Shown here piece by piece: positions 16,646 to 26,501 of a DNA stretch of 30,749 bases. The DNA is from a virus (lineage: Duplodnaviria > Caudoviricetes). The notes under the pieces are model-generated. The model made no database searches and was not told the origin of the DNA. It was given only the letters and a program-made list of their open reading frames with translations. Position numbers and translations under genes: made by a program. The stretch covers positions 1-30,749 of IMG/VR virus record IMGVR_UViG_3300036783_000019; one strand, given 5' to 3'. How positions within the stretch are numbered: position 1 is the first letter of the stretch; every line of letters begins with the position of its first letter.

Positions 16646-17782
16646 ATGACGTGGCCATCAGTCAATGTCAGCCAGGTAAATCGCTATAACGGCACGACTA
16701 ATGAAGTTGAGCGAGTTGTACTTTTCGTAGGTTACGGAAAAGAAAATGTTGGTAAAACCCAGCCGTTGAATACAGGCAGCGATCTGGACAAAGCGCTGGG
16801 TAGTGAAGATAGCGTGTTGAAATCGATCGTTTCGGCCGCTCGCGATAACGCCGGTCAAAACTGGTTTGCGTATGTGCACGTTTTAGCAGAGCCAGAAAAT
16901 GCCGCTAACGACACGTCGTGGATTGGTGCTGTATATGACGCGCAAAGCGTGGCATCCGTTGAAGGGGTTGTCCTGGTGTCAGCGCCAGCGAGTAAGACCT
17001 CTATCGAATTTGCATCATCAACGCGCGCCAATCTCCAGGCAAGTTATGGTCGATTTGTCTGGATGATGATCGCGGTTGATGGTCCAGCGGAGGAAGAGGC
17101 ATGGATCGATTACATCGGGCGACTTTCGGCATTGCAGGAAGGCATTGCCGCGCCGGGCGTTCAGCTTGTCCCACGCATCTGGGGTAATGAGCCGGGCGTG
17201 CTTGCCGGTCGCCTGTGTAATCGTTCAGTAACGGTGGCTGATAGCCCCGCCCGCGTTGCAACTGGTGCCCTGCTGTCCCTGGGCAATGCAGAATTGCCCG
17301 TTGATGGAACTGGCGCAGTGCTTGAACTGGCAACGCTTCAGGCATTACAGGCCGCCCGCTACAGCGTGCCAATGTGGTACCACGATTATGACGGGATTTA
17401 CTGGTCAGACGGCCGCACCCTGGATGTCGAGGGCGGCGACTATCAGGTGATCGAAAATGTTCGCGTGGTTGATAAAGCTTCCCGCCGCGTCCGTCTGCGT
17501 GCAATTCCAAAAATTGCGGATCGCTCACTCAATAGCACGCCGGGCAGCATCGCAGCGCACCAGACGTATTTCGGCAAGCCACTGCGTGAAATGGCGATTT
17601 CGACCCAGATTAACGGCGTGGAATTCCCCGGCGAAGTGAAGCCACCGCAGGACGGTGACATCACCATCACCTGGACCAGCAACGTTGCGGTGCAGATTTA
17701 TATTGTGGTTCGACCGTATGAGAGCGCGAAAGAAATCGGCGTCAGCATCGAACTGGACACTTCACTGGAGAGCAACCAATGA
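16646..17782 (+). CDS. Tail sheath protein (HP1/K139 type, DUF2586-like)
   Basis: MTWPSVNVSQVN...EVERVVLFVG, GVLAGRLCNRSVTVADSPARVATG and GGDYQVIENVRVVDK motifs. Confidence 0.88.
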   Translation: MTWPSVNVSQVNRYNGTTNEVERVVLFVGYGKENVGKTQPLNTGSDLDKALGSEDSVLKSIVSAARDNAGQNWFAYVHVLAEPENAANDTSWIGAVYDAQSVASVEGVVLVSAPASKTSIEFASSTRANLQASYGRFVWMMIAVDGPAEEEAWIDYIGRLSALQEGIAAPGVQLVPRIWGNEPGVLAGRLCNRSVTVADSPARVATGALLSLGNAELPVDGTGAVLELATLQALQAARYSVPMWYHDYDGIYWSDGRTLDVEGGDYQVIENVRVVDKASRRVRLRAIPKIADRSLNSTPGSIAAHQTYFGKPLREMAISTQINGVEFPGEVKPPQDGDITITWTSNVAVQIYIVVRPYESAKEIGVSIELDTSLESNQ

Positions 17783-18234
17783 CCGAGCGCATTAGCGGCG
17801 GATCGTTTGATGTGAACTATGACGGGGTCATGATTCACGTTGAAAACGCGACCGTCACCATTACCGATAACAGCGCCGTGGCTCAAACCCGTGGCGTGCC
17901 GAACGGCCATACAAAAGGGTCAGTTTCAGCGGACGTGGAAATCGAGGTCGATTCCCAGAACTTTAAAAAGTTTACTGCCGTAGCGCGTGCTGCCGGTTCG
18001 TGGCGCGGCATCCCCGCAAAGGACTTTTTGTTCTATGCGAACGCTGGAGACGACGAAGAAAAAATCGAGGTGTTTGGCTGCGTTCCTGCGCTGTCTGACA
18101 TCGTGAACATCAACCCCAACGAGGCCAGCAAAACCACGAAGAAAATTAAATTCATGGTGACCAGCCCCGACTTTGTGGCGATTGACGGCGTTCCGTACCT
18201 GTCAGCCCGCGACACTCGCGATCTGAAAGGTTAA
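17779..18234 (+). CDS. Tail tube protein (DUF2597-like)
   Basis: RISGGSFD, ITDNSAVAQTRGVPNG and VTSPDFVAIDGVPYL motifs; follows the sheath. Confidence 0.88.
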   Translation: MTERISGGSFDVNYDGVMIHVENATVTITDNSAVAQTRGVPNGHTKGSVSADVEIEVDSQNFKKFTAVARAAGSWRGIPAKDFLFYANAGDDEEKIEVFGCVPALSDIVNINPNEASKTTKKIKFMVTSPDFVAIDGVPYLSARDTRDLKG

Positions 18235-18238
18235 CACG

Positions 18239-18550
18239 ATGCCAAATGGAGAAACTTCGCTGCTGGCTAAGCTGCTGCTGATTGGGGCTGTGATTGGTCT
18301 GGGGCAATTGATGGTCAGCAGTGAACAAATCACTGCCCGCCTGCTGTTTGGGCGAATGATTCTGGGGGCTGCGGTGGCACCGCTTGCCGCGATCCCGCTG
18401 CTGAAATTTCCCGATATGCCGGAACTGGTCGTCGTGGGGATTGCCTGCGCCCTGGGCATTCTGGGAAGCGCCTTTATTGAGGCCGGTTTAAGGCGCCTGG
18501 CGGAATACTGGATGAAACGATGGGGAAGCAAACGCAATGAAACTGAGTGA
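18239..18550 (+). CDS. Holin
   Basis: 103 aa with three hydrophobic segments and a basic C-terminus; directly before the endolysin. Confidence 0.85.
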   Translation: MPNGETSLLAKLLLIGAVIGLGQLMVSSEQITARLLFGRMILGAAVAPLAAIPLLKFPDMPELVVVGIACALGILGSAFIEAGLRRLAEYWMKRWGSKRNETE

Positions 18551-18875
18551 GAAACAACAGCTTTTCACCGTGATGATCGCAAACCTGATCCACTTCGCAG
18601 AGGAAAAAGGCTATCGCCTGACGTTTGGCGAAGCCTACCGCACGCCAGAGCAGGCCGCGCTAAACGCCAAAAAAGGCAGCGGTATTGCAAACAGCCTGCA
18701 TACCCAGCGCCTGGCAGTGGACTTCAACCTGTTTATCAACGGGGAATACCAGACCGACAGCGCCGCCTATCGCCCGCTGGGTGAATACTGGGAATCCATC
18801 GGCGGATCATGGGGTGGCCGGTTCAGTAGGCCGGACGGCAACCATTTTTCACTTGAGCATAACGGGGTTCGCTGA
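18537..18875 (+). CDS. Endolysin, peptidase M15 family
   Basis: GEAYRTPEQ, SLHTQRLAVDF (H-x6-D) and WGGRF...DGNHFS zinc-peptidase motifs. Confidence 0.9.
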   Translation: MKLSEKQQLFTVMIANLIHFAEEKGYRLTFGEAYRTPEQAALNAKKGSGIANSLHTQRLAVDFNLFINGEYQTDSAAYRPLGEYWESIGGSWGGRFSRPDGNHFSLEHNGVR

Positions 18876-19258
18876 TGCGTAACTTGCTGGGGTTGGTCCT
18901 GATCCTGACTGCTGCTATGTCAGCAGGTTGGCAGGCGCACGACTGGCACAACGCAAAGCTGGAACTGGCCGCCAGTAAGGCGACAGAAGAAACGCGCCAG
19001 ATTGTCGTGGAATTTACGCGGCAGTCCGGCGAAGCGCTGGAAAAGAAACTCGCGGAGTTAAAAGCCAATGAGATCCACACCGAACGGGTTATCCGCACGG
19101 AAACCATTAAGCCGGTTTTTAACAATGTGTGTGCTTCTGATGATTACGTCCGGTTGTTCAACGAACTGGCGGCCAGTAACGAGCGAACCCTATCAGGAAA
19201 ACCAGCTAACCCTTTGCCCGGTGAGCCTGCCCAGGCTGGCAGGACCGACCGGCCATGA
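18875..19258 (+). CDS. Inner-membrane spanin (Rz/LysB-like)
   Basis: N-terminal TM helix, coiled-coil periplasmic part and late Cys; follows the endolysin. Confidence 0.78.
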   Translation: MRNLLGLVLILTAAMSAGWQAHDWHNAKLELAASKATEETRQIVVEFTRQSGEALEKKLAELKANEIHTERVIRTETIKPVFNNVCASDDYVRLFNELAASNERTLSGKPANPLPGEPAQAGRTDRP

Positions 19259-19364
19259 TTTTGACGCGGCATTAACAGCCTATCGGCAGATATACACCGA
19301 TTGCGCCGCACGACATAACGCCCTGGTGGGCATCATTCGACAACGAAAGGAAGTAACAAAATGA
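19125..19364 (+). CDS. Outer-membrane spanin lipoprotein (Rz1/LysC-like), overlapping the i-spanin
   Basis: Hydrophobic stretch and lipobox-like ITSG-C, then LCPVSLP...Y.DCAARH. Start uncertain (19068 or 19125). Confidence 0.72.
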   Translation: MCVLLMITSGCSTNWRPVTSEPYQENQLTLCPVSLPRLAGPTGHDFDAALTAYRQIYTDCAARHNALVGIIRQRKEVTK

Positions 19365-19636
19365 GCAAGTCTAATCCTAAAAAAATTGCCCTGACCGTTG
19401 CGGGCGTCAGCCTGAGCTTTGAGCCGAACAAAACCGCTTACAACAATTTGATCAACGAAATGACCATGACCAACAAGGTTGCGCCAATGGTCACCTATCT
19501 GGGCCGCATTGTTGATGCCGAATCCAAAGAGGCATTAAAAAAGCTGATGGAAGATTACCCAGGCTGTGAAATGCAGATCGTTGAGAAGGTAAACGAAATT
19601 TACTCGCCGAAGCTTGAGATCGAAGTAAAAAACTAG
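19361..19636 (+). CDS. Tail assembly chaperone
   Basis: 91-aa ORF before the tape measure, ending in the slippery sequence GTA AAA AAC TAG. Confidence 0.82.
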   Translation: MSKSNPKKIALTVAGVSLSFEPNKTAYNNLINEMTMTNKVAPMVTYLGRIVDAESKEALKKLMEDYPGCEMQIVEKVNEIYSPKLEIEVKN

Positions 19637-19824
19637 CGGCGCGGGTGGCGGCCATGCGCACGAACGGGCTGGAGCAATATCTTGCCCTGCGCCGCTACTA
19701 CCTCCCGCACGAACCTGACGACGAAGAAAGCATCGCCCGCGCCCTATGGCTGGATGAATATTTCGCCCAGACCAGAGCCAATAAAACGGCGGAAGGGATA
19801 GCCAAAGCCTTTAACGGAAACTGA
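19633..19824 (+). CDS. -1 frameshift extension of the tail assembly chaperone (63 aa)
   Basis: The -1 frame is open from the A-AAA-AAC heptamer (19627-19633) to TGA at 19824: LAARVAAMRTNGLEQYLALRRYYLPHEPDDEESIARALWLDEY...AKAFNGN. Confidence 0.8.
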   Translation, partial: LAARVAAMRTNGLEQYLALRRYYLPHEPDDEESIARALWLDEYFAQTRANKTAEGIAKAFNGN

Positions 19825-19825
19825 T

Positions 19826-21985
19826 ATGAGCCACCTGGATTTTACGCTGAGCCTGATTGATAAGCTGACGCGGCCACTAAAAACGGCCCAGTCTTCGCTG
19901 ACTGGCTTTGCCGAAAAATCGCAGGCGTCCTTTACAAAAATCGGTATCGGTGCGGCGGCGGTCTGGGGCGTTGCCCAGTCCATCGCGGGCGTGGTCGGCC
20001 CCGCGTATGAAATGAATGCTGCGCTTTCGCAAGTCGGAGCCAAAGGCGTTGCAGAAGACACGCTGAAAAAGCTGTCCAGCGAAGCCCTGAAATTCAGCAT
20101 TCGCTACGGCAAAAGCGCGGTTGATGTTGTTAATTCCAGCTATGCGATAAAAGGCGCTATGGCTGGCCTTTCGGACGCCGATTTACCGCGCGTAACTGTG
20201 GCGGCTAACACCCTTGCGGCAGGCGTGAAAGCCACTGGCGAGGAAGCTGGCGAATACATCGGCGCTATGGCAACGCGATTCAATAGTGAGCTATCGAAGC
20301 TGGGCAATGTTCGCTTTGCTGAGGAGCTATCAGGTAAAACCGCCTGGATGGTCCAGAACTTCGGCGTTGATATGCAGACCATGCAGCAACTTATCGAAGG
20401 GACCATCAATGCCGGTAATGACTTCGGCATAAGCATGGATGAACAGTTCGCCGTGCTGGGCCAGCTTTATCGCAAGGTTGGGACCGATTCGAGCAGTTTT
20501 TACGAGCAATTTTTGAGAAGCGCCCCCGCTGCCGCTGAAAAGCTGGGCATGAGCTTTGTTGACGCCACCGGAAAAATGCTGCCGATGGGCGAAATTCTGC
20601 AAAAGCTACAGGACAAATACGGCCAGAGCATTGAAGGAAACGTAAAAGCCCAGCAGGCCATAGATGATGCATTCGGCGGCGGCGCAGATGTGATTAAAAA
20701 ACTCTACGGTCAGCAGGCAATTTTAAACCGCAGCATCACGGAACTGGGCCGCAATGACGGTATGAAACGCGCCCAGGAAATGGCCGAACGTATGGCGAAA
20801 CCGTGGGAACGTATTGTCGCGACGTTTTACGCCATGCGCGTGGCCTTGGGCAATACGCTGATCCCTATTCTTACGCCGATGATGAACCGCGTTGCCGACG
20901 TGGGGGCGAAGTTTGCCCGCTGGCTGGAAATGTTCCCCAACATTGCCCGCTGGCTGGGTTATATCACCCTGGGCGTGCTGTCCTTTGGGCTGGCCGGAGC
21001 GGCAACAAACATCGTGATGGGTATTTTTGGATTCACGATGGTGGGTCTGAGCGCGATCGCTAAAGTTCTGGGCGGTGCATGGAAAGCCCTGTTATGGACG
21101 CTGAACTTGTTACGCCCGTCGTTGCTGACGACCCGCATTGGTCTGGCCGCGCTGTGGATCCAGTCAAAGCTTTTAGCGCTGTGGACCGGCGTTTGCCGCG
21201 TCGCACTGGCGGCCTGGAATATTGTGTTAAAAGCCGGAGCCGTTGCCATGCGGGTGTATGGCGTGGCGACCATGTTTGCCGGAGCGGCCATGCAACTGCT
21301 GACCGCTCCGATCACTCTGATTATTGCCGCGCTGGCACTGCTGGGGCTGGGCGTCTGGTATGTCGTGAATCACTGGGAAGAACTGACAACGGCGGTCATG
21401 AATACGGCGGCCTTTGCCTGGGTGATGAATGTTGCCGCACAGGTCGGGCAGGTTTTTGCCAGCGTCTGGCAATCCATCACTGACGGCTGGGCCGTTGTGG
21501 TTGCTTTCTTCGCTGGCCTGTCCCCGCTCGCTTCTTTTGAAGGATTCGCGGACACCATCGGGGGCGTATTCAGGAAACTTTTCGACACCCTGAAAAGCAC
21601 CTTTGCATCCACCTATAACTGGATTGCAGAGAAGTTAAACAAAATTCCCGGCATCAATATCGATCTCAAAACTACAGCACAGCCGCCAGTAGCACACCCC
21701 GCAGGGGTGACGGTGCCTGCCGGAGCCGGTGTTGTTCCCGGTGTAACAGCAGTTCAGGACCGTAATGTCATTCCTGATCGCCCCCCAGCGCTGAACGCCC
21801 CGTCATTGCTGACGGGTAACAAAATCAATGCGGATATCCCACGCGGTGGCCTGATAAGTCAGGTGAAATCTGACACCAAAACCGTAGTGGATAGCCGTAA
21901 GACGTGGGGCGATACGTATATCAATGCCCCGAACGGAATCACCCCGGCCCAGTTGGCCGAATGGCAGGAGCTTAACGCCGGATGA
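19826..21985 (+). CDS. Tail tape measure protein
   Basis: LDFTLSLIDKLTRPLK start; 719 aa, Ala/Gly-rich helical protein with hydrophobic segments. Confidence 0.92.
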   Translation: MSHLDFTLSLIDKLTRPLKTAQSSLTGFAEKSQASFTKIGIGAAAVWGVAQSIAGVVGPAYEMNAALSQVGAKGVAEDTLKKLSSEALKFSIRYGKSAVDVVNSSYAIKGAMAGLSDADLPRVTVAANTLAAGVKATGEEAGEYIGAMATRFNSELSKLGNVRFAEELSGKTAWMVQNFGVDMQTMQQLIEGTINAGNDFGISMDEQFAVLGQLYRKVGTDSSSFYEQFLRSAPAAAEKLGMSFVDATGKMLPMGEILQKLQDKYGQSIEGNVKAQQAIDDAFGGGADVIKKLYGQQAILNRSITELGRNDGMKRAQEMAERMAKPWERIVATFYAMRVALGNTLIPILTPMMNRVADVGAKFARWLEMFPNIARWLGYITLGVLSFGLAGAATNIVMGIFGFTMVGLSAIAKVLGGAWKALLWTLNLLRPSLLTTRIGLAALWIQSKLLALWTGVCRVALAAWNIVLKAGAVAMRVYGVATMFAGAAMQLLTAPITLIIAALALLGLGVWYVVNHWEELTTAVMNTAAFAWVMNVAAQVGQVFASVWQSITDGWAVVVAFFAGLSPLASFEGFADTIGGVFRKLFDTLKSTFASTYNWIAEKLNKIPGINIDLKTTAQPPVAHPAGVTVPAGAGVVPGVTAVQDRNVIPDRPPALNAPSLLTGNKINADIPRGGLISQVKSDTKTVVDSRKTWGDTYINAPNGITPAQLAEWQELNAG

Positions 21986-22317
21986 GTACTGAACCGCTTT
22001 ATATCGATCTCCTGATCACTGACGGAGATTTCACCCTGGACAGTGGGAGCGAGCCACAGCGATGTAATAACCGTGACAGCATCGCCCAGGACATCATTCA
22101 CAGCATCCTTGAAAGCGGCGTGACAACCCGACTGATTGGCGAGCGTAGCCCAACGATGCGCGGTGATGTTCTGACCCAGCTATCCCTTTTGGTGGAAAGT
22201 GATGAACGTCTTGTCCCCGGAACGGTAGTCATCACTGAAGAAAGCATCACCAGGCTGTATGTCACCGCAGAAACGTATGAGTTTGGCAGCGTGGGAACTG
22301 AGGTTAACTATGACTGA
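21982..22317 (+). CDS. Baseplate wedge protein (DUF2590, gpW/gp25-like)
   Basis: YIDLLITDGDF...SIAQDIIHSILESG...VESDERLVPGT...AETYEFG motif. Confidence 0.8.
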   Translation: MSTEPLYIDLLITDGDFTLDSGSEPQRCNNRDSIAQDIIHSILESGVTTRLIGERSPTMRGDVLTQLSLLVESDERLVPGTVVITEESITRLYVTAETYEFGSVGTEVNYD

Positions 22318-23494
22318 GAAACCAGATGTCGATTTTGAAAAGGTTCTGAATGACAGCGGTATGCCGTCGACAGAAGCCGAGGTAACGGCGATTTTCAAGA
22401 AAACCGTTGAGGCGGAAGGTTTTGTCACCAACACGTCGAGAATGTCACCTTTCTGGCGTCTGATTTCGAAAATTGTCACCACGCCGGTGATGTGGCTGCG
22501 CGACGCGTTAATCAATGTCGTATTGCGCAATATGTTTGTTGCAACGGCTACCGGTTCAATGCTGCGCCTGCTTGCCTGGGCCGTGAATATCGAGGCCAAG
22601 CCAGCCAGCCCAGCCGCAGGCGTATTGCGATTCTATAAGCTGAACGCGGGGGATGAAGTGGTCATCCCTGCCGGAACGGTAGTGCAAACGGAAAGAATTA
22701 ACGGCGTGGTGTATTCGCTGGCCGTTAGTGAGGCCACGACGATAGCCGCGGGCGTTGAAAGTGGGCTGGTGCCGGTCGCGGCAACCGGCAGCGGCAGCGG
22801 CTACAACCTTGCGCCGGGTTACTACCGCATTTTGCCGGTCGCCGTCGCAGGTATTAACAGTGCCGTGAATGAGGAAGACTGGTTACTGACGCCTGGGGCT
22901 GATGAGGAAACAGACGACGAGCTGCGCGACCGCGTGCGCAACCAGTTCAATCTGGTTGGCAGTTACCACACCGACGCCGTTTACCGCAGCATGATTGCGG
23001 GCGTAGTAGGTCTGAGTATGGATCGCATTTTCTTTTTGCATGACGCCCCGCGCGGACCTGGTACGGCTAACGCCTATTTATTGCTGGATAGCGGTGAAAC
23101 CTCGCAACCCTTTATTGATGCGGTAAATGATTATGTGAACAGCCAGGGCCACCACGGCCACGGCGATGATATGCAGTGTTTTGCCATGCCTGAAACCAGC
23201 CACACGCTGGCGGTAACCGTGTTTGTGGAAAGCGTCGAAAACATGGAGCCGGAAGAACTGAGCATGTTGAAGAGCAACATCACGAATCTGATCCGCTGTG
23301 CGTTTCGTGAGAATGCCGACTACGACGTTAAAAAAACGTGGCCTTATGCGCGTTTCTCATTTTCGAATCTGGGCAGGGAAATTCATAAGGCGTTTCCGGT
23401 GGTCGATTCACTGAGTTTCTCACTGACCGATATTGTCAGTGAACTATCGGTCCCGCGTCTCGCAGGCTTAACCGTGGAGATCGTCAATGACTGA
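22310..23494 (+). CDS. Baseplate J/gp47 family protein
   Basis: PGADEETDDELRDR and APRGPGTAN motifs. Start trimmed to MTEKP (GAGG RBS). Confidence 0.88.
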   Translation: MTEKPDVDFEKVLNDSGMPSTEAEVTAIFKKTVEAEGFVTNTSRMSPFWRLISKIVTTPVMWLRDALINVVLRNMFVATATGSMLRLLAWAVNIEAKPASPAAGVLRFYKLNAGDEVVIPAGTVVQTERINGVVYSLAVSEATTIAAGVESGLVPVAATGSGSGYNLAPGYYRILPVAVAGINSAVNEEDWLLTPGADEETDDELRDRVRNQFNLVGSYHTDAVYRSMIAGVVGLSMDRIFFLHDAPRGPGTANAYLLLDSGETSQPFIDAVNDYVNSQGHHGHGDDMQCFAMPETSHTLAVTVFVESVENMEPEELSMLKSNITNLIRCAFRENADYDVKKTWPYARFSFSNLGREIHKAFPVVDSLSFSLTDIVSELSVPRLAGLTVEIVND

Positions 23495-24080
23495 TTTTTC
23501 CCGACTGCTGGCCGGTCTGAAATTGCCGTCATGGATGGATCGTGGAGACCCGGCAAGGCTGCTGCGTGCCTGCGTGAAGTTCTGGTCACAGGTCTATAGC
23601 TGGCTAACCTGGCCGCTGAGACAGTTTGACCCGCTGACCTGCGCAGAGCCGCTATTAAATCTTATCGCCTGGGAACGTGATATTGCCCGCTTTAAAGGGG
23701 AACCAATCGGCCTGTATCGCAAGCGCGTGAGTTACGCATTTATCAACGCGCAGCAGGCCGGAGAGATAGCCGGGTTTATAGCCATTTTTGAGCGGCTTGG
23801 GATCGGCTATGTCGAACTGCAAGAGCGCCAGGAGGGCATGGACTGGGATGTCATTACCGTCCGGGTTACAGATAGCCAGGTATCAGACAACAGCGACCTG
23901 CTGTTAGAAATTATTCGCAAGTATGGCCGGACGTGTCGCCGGTATCGCTTCGAGGTGATCACCAGCCTGCCGGTGCACATCAATATTGGCTGGTATCAGG
24001 GTGACTATATTTGCTGGCCCGCCACGCTGGGCGATGTAAAAAACGAATCAAGCGCGACATATAGCGCCAGTTTGCTGTAG
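23487..24080 (+). CDS. Baseplate/tail protein, gpI-like
   Basis: DPLTCAEPLLNLIAWERDI motif; located between J and the tail fibre. Confidence 0.82.
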   Translation: MTDFSRLLAGLKLPSWMDRGDPARLLRACVKFWSQVYSWLTWPLRQFDPLTCAEPLLNLIAWERDIARFKGEPIGLYRKRVSYAFINAQQAGEIAGFIAIFERLGIGYVELQERQEGMDWDVITVRVTDSQVSDNSDLLLEIIRKYGRTCRRYRFEVITSLPVHINIGWYQGDYICWPATLGDVKNESSATYSASLL

Positions 24081-24090
24081 GGAAAAAATT

Positions 24091-26490
24091 ATGTCACAGG
24101 CTGTAATTACAAAAGCATTTACTGAATGGAAAGCGCAGCAGGCTGTAGATAATAAGCCCGTCCTGCTGGATGAGTTTATTTTTGCCTTTATCCCAGGTCT
24201 GGATGTTGAAAAGCCGGTTGCTAACACCGAAACCACACCGGCCGCCGATAAAATCGTTCACCGTCAGGCGGTCAGCAAGTCCGGCGTGGTAAACGGTGAT
24301 TCCGTTGTCTATTCCGTGACTCTGGGCGCGGACGTCGGGGATTTTGATTTCAACTGGATCGGACTTGCGAATAAAGCGACCGGCACGCTGGCAATGATTA
24401 TCCACGCGCCGACGCAACGCAAAATTAAGAATGCCAGCGGTCAACAAGGTAACGTCCTGGTGCGCTCAATGCTGATGGAATACAGCGGCGCACAGGCGGC
24501 AACTAACATCACCACGCCAGCAGAAACATGGCAGATTGATTTTACTGCCCGCCTGGCTTCTATGGATGAGCGCCAGCGCCTGGAGAATATCGATCTGTAT
24601 GGTGCGGCCGCGTTTTTTGATAATGGCTACCTGGTTGCTAAAAGCGGTACACAATATTTTGTCACGAAAGGCGCGGGTTACGTCGCCGGGCTACGTACTG
24701 AACTGGCCGCAAACCAGAACATCGCTGTATCAACGAAACCTGTAAAAGTCTGGCTGGATGTGTCTTGGTCGGGAACGTTAACAAGCGAATGGGCCGTAAA
24801 AAGCAAAATTACTGTGGCCGCGAATCTCGCCGATTACATGGAAAATGGCAGCCAGCATTATGTTTTTGCACTGGCGAGCATAGACGCCAGCGGGAATATT
24901 ACCGACCTGCGCCCGAAAGGTACGCTTAACGATCAGGCTGCAACCGATGCGCTGAAAAAACATGAGCAGTCACGTAATCATCCGGATGCAACGACCGACG
25001 CGAAAGGATTTGTCCAACTCAGTAGCGCGACGAACAGCGACAGTGAAGCACTGGCGGCAACGCCTAAAGCGGTTAAGGCTGCTAACGATAACGCGAATAA
25101 TCGCCTGCCCGTTGCAAGCAATAATCTCAGCGTGGATTTGAATACGCTGGGCAAAGCGACAGATGTCGGTATTTATCAGCAACAGGCTAATGCGTCAGCA
25201 ACAACGGCTAACCATTATCCCGTTAATGCGGCGGGTACGCTTTTTGTTACACCGTCTGCGTACGGCTGCCAGCAAATGTATATTTCTTACAGCAGCCGTA
25301 TTTTTGTTCGGGCTTTGACCGGTATTTTTAATGGCAATGGTCCCTGGACTGACTGGCTTGAGTTCTTCAGTACTAACGGCGGCACGTTGTCTGGTTCACT
25401 GGCGATTGCCATGAATGCGCCAAATATTGCGCTGAGGAGCACAGGGGACGATACGCGCCAGTACATCATGTCGTATAAAAAAGATGGTTCTAACTCATGG
25501 TATGTGGGGAAAGCGAATGCAAACAGCGAATCCCTGATGTTGTGGAACTATAATTCGAATAGCGGTATTGAAATTGATGTTAATGGGCGCGTCAGTTTAA
25601 GGGCGAATGGGAAATCGGTCATATTCAATCCGGACGGAGCCTTTGACGGTGAAATCATTGGAAAAACCGCTAATAATTTTCGCATTGTTTACGGCGATTA
25701 TGGTTCTTTCTGGCGTAATGACGGCAATAACCTTTATTTAATGCTGACCAATAAGGGCGACCCTTACGGAGCTTATAACACGCTCCGACCATTGCGTGTA
25801 AGTCTTGAAACCGGTGCGCTGCAATCTGAAACGCCACTGACTGTAGGTAATACAATTTACGCCTCAAAGGAGATTACCGCAGGTTATAGCGGTCCGTTTG
25901 CTTGGGCAGAGCAGTATAAAGCGAAAGCGGCGTTCTTTAATTCATATTCAACCACCGGTACAAGTGAATACCATGCAGTAATAAAACAACTGGCAACTAT
26001 CGCCAGTAAAAACTCTTGGGCTTTTTCGTTTGGGTCTCTTGTCGCTGGCGATGAACTTTCCTGGCATTTGCACATGAAGGGCAGTGCCGGACAGGATGTT
26101 AATTATAAATGGGACACAAAAGGGAACTTTGCCGCGCCAGGGCAATTAATCCCTGGTGATTTTGCTAACTTTGATGCGCGTTTTTACACTAAAACGCTTT
26201 CTGATTCGCGCTATTACACCAAAGCCCAATCGGATGCGGGGTATATGGCTAAGACTGGCGCATATACAAAAGCCGAAAGCGACGCGCGTTATCAGGCAAA
26301 AGGAAATTATATAACCGGCGTTCGGCTTGGGGCATCGGCTGAATATCAGGAACGCGGTAATAGTGAGCGCATGACTGGCGGTGTAATGACGTCATTTGCT
26401 GACCGGGGGAGTTCAAATTACTGGATCCGCCTTCGTCCGCTCCAGTATCAGATTAATGGCGGTTCATGGGTTACAGCGGCCTACGCGTAA
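24091..26490 (+). CDS. Tail fibre protein (mosaic)
   Basis: Collar domain with VGDFDFNWIGL, fibre repeat HPDATTDAKGFVQLSSAT...AATPKAVKAA, knob-like segments, YTK...SD.RY repeats and C-terminal RPLQYQING. Confidence 0.92.
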   Translation: MSQAVITKAFTEWKAQQAVDNKPVLLDEFIFAFIPGLDVEKPVANTETTPAADKIVHRQAVSKSGVVNGDSVVYSVTLGADVGDFDFNWIGLANKATGTLAMIIHAPTQRKIKNASGQQGNVLVRSMLMEYSGAQAATNITTPAETWQIDFTARLASMDERQRLENIDLYGAAAFFDNGYLVAKSGTQYFVTKGAGYVAGLRTELAANQNIAVSTKPVKVWLDVSWSGTLTSEWAVKSKITVAANLADYMENGSQHYVFALASIDASGNITDLRPKGTLNDQAATDALKKHEQSRNHPDATTDAKGFVQLSSATNSDSEALAATPKAVKAANDNANNRLPVASNNLSVDLNTLGKATDVGIYQQQANASATTANHYPVNAAGTLFVTPSAYGCQQMYISYSSRIFVRALTGIFNGNGPWTDWLEFFSTNGGTLSGSLAIAMNAPNIALRSTGDDTRQYIMSYKKDGSNSWYVGKANANSESLMLWNYNSNSGIEIDVNGRVSLRANGKSVIFNPDGAFDGEIIGKTANNFRIVYGDYGSFWRNDGNNLYLMLTNKGDPYGAYNTLRPLRVSLETGALQSETPLTVGNTIYASKEITAGYSGPFAWAEQYKAKAAFFNSYSTTGTSEYHAVIKQLATIASKNSWAFSFGSLVAGDELSWHLHMKGSAGQDVNYKWDTKGNFAAPGQLIPGDFANFDARFYTKTLSDSRYYTKAQSDAGYMAKTGAYTKAESDARYQAKGNYITGVRLGASAEYQERGNSERMTGGVMTSFADRGSSNYWIRLRPLQYQINGGSWVTAAYA

Positions 26491-26501
26491 GGATAAATAA
26501 C

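Noticed and set aside
26180-26295. Tail fibre repeats as DGR or invertible-segment signals
   Set aside because: The repeats are at protein level with diverged codons; no reverse transcriptase, template repeat, invertase or inverted fibre copy in the window.
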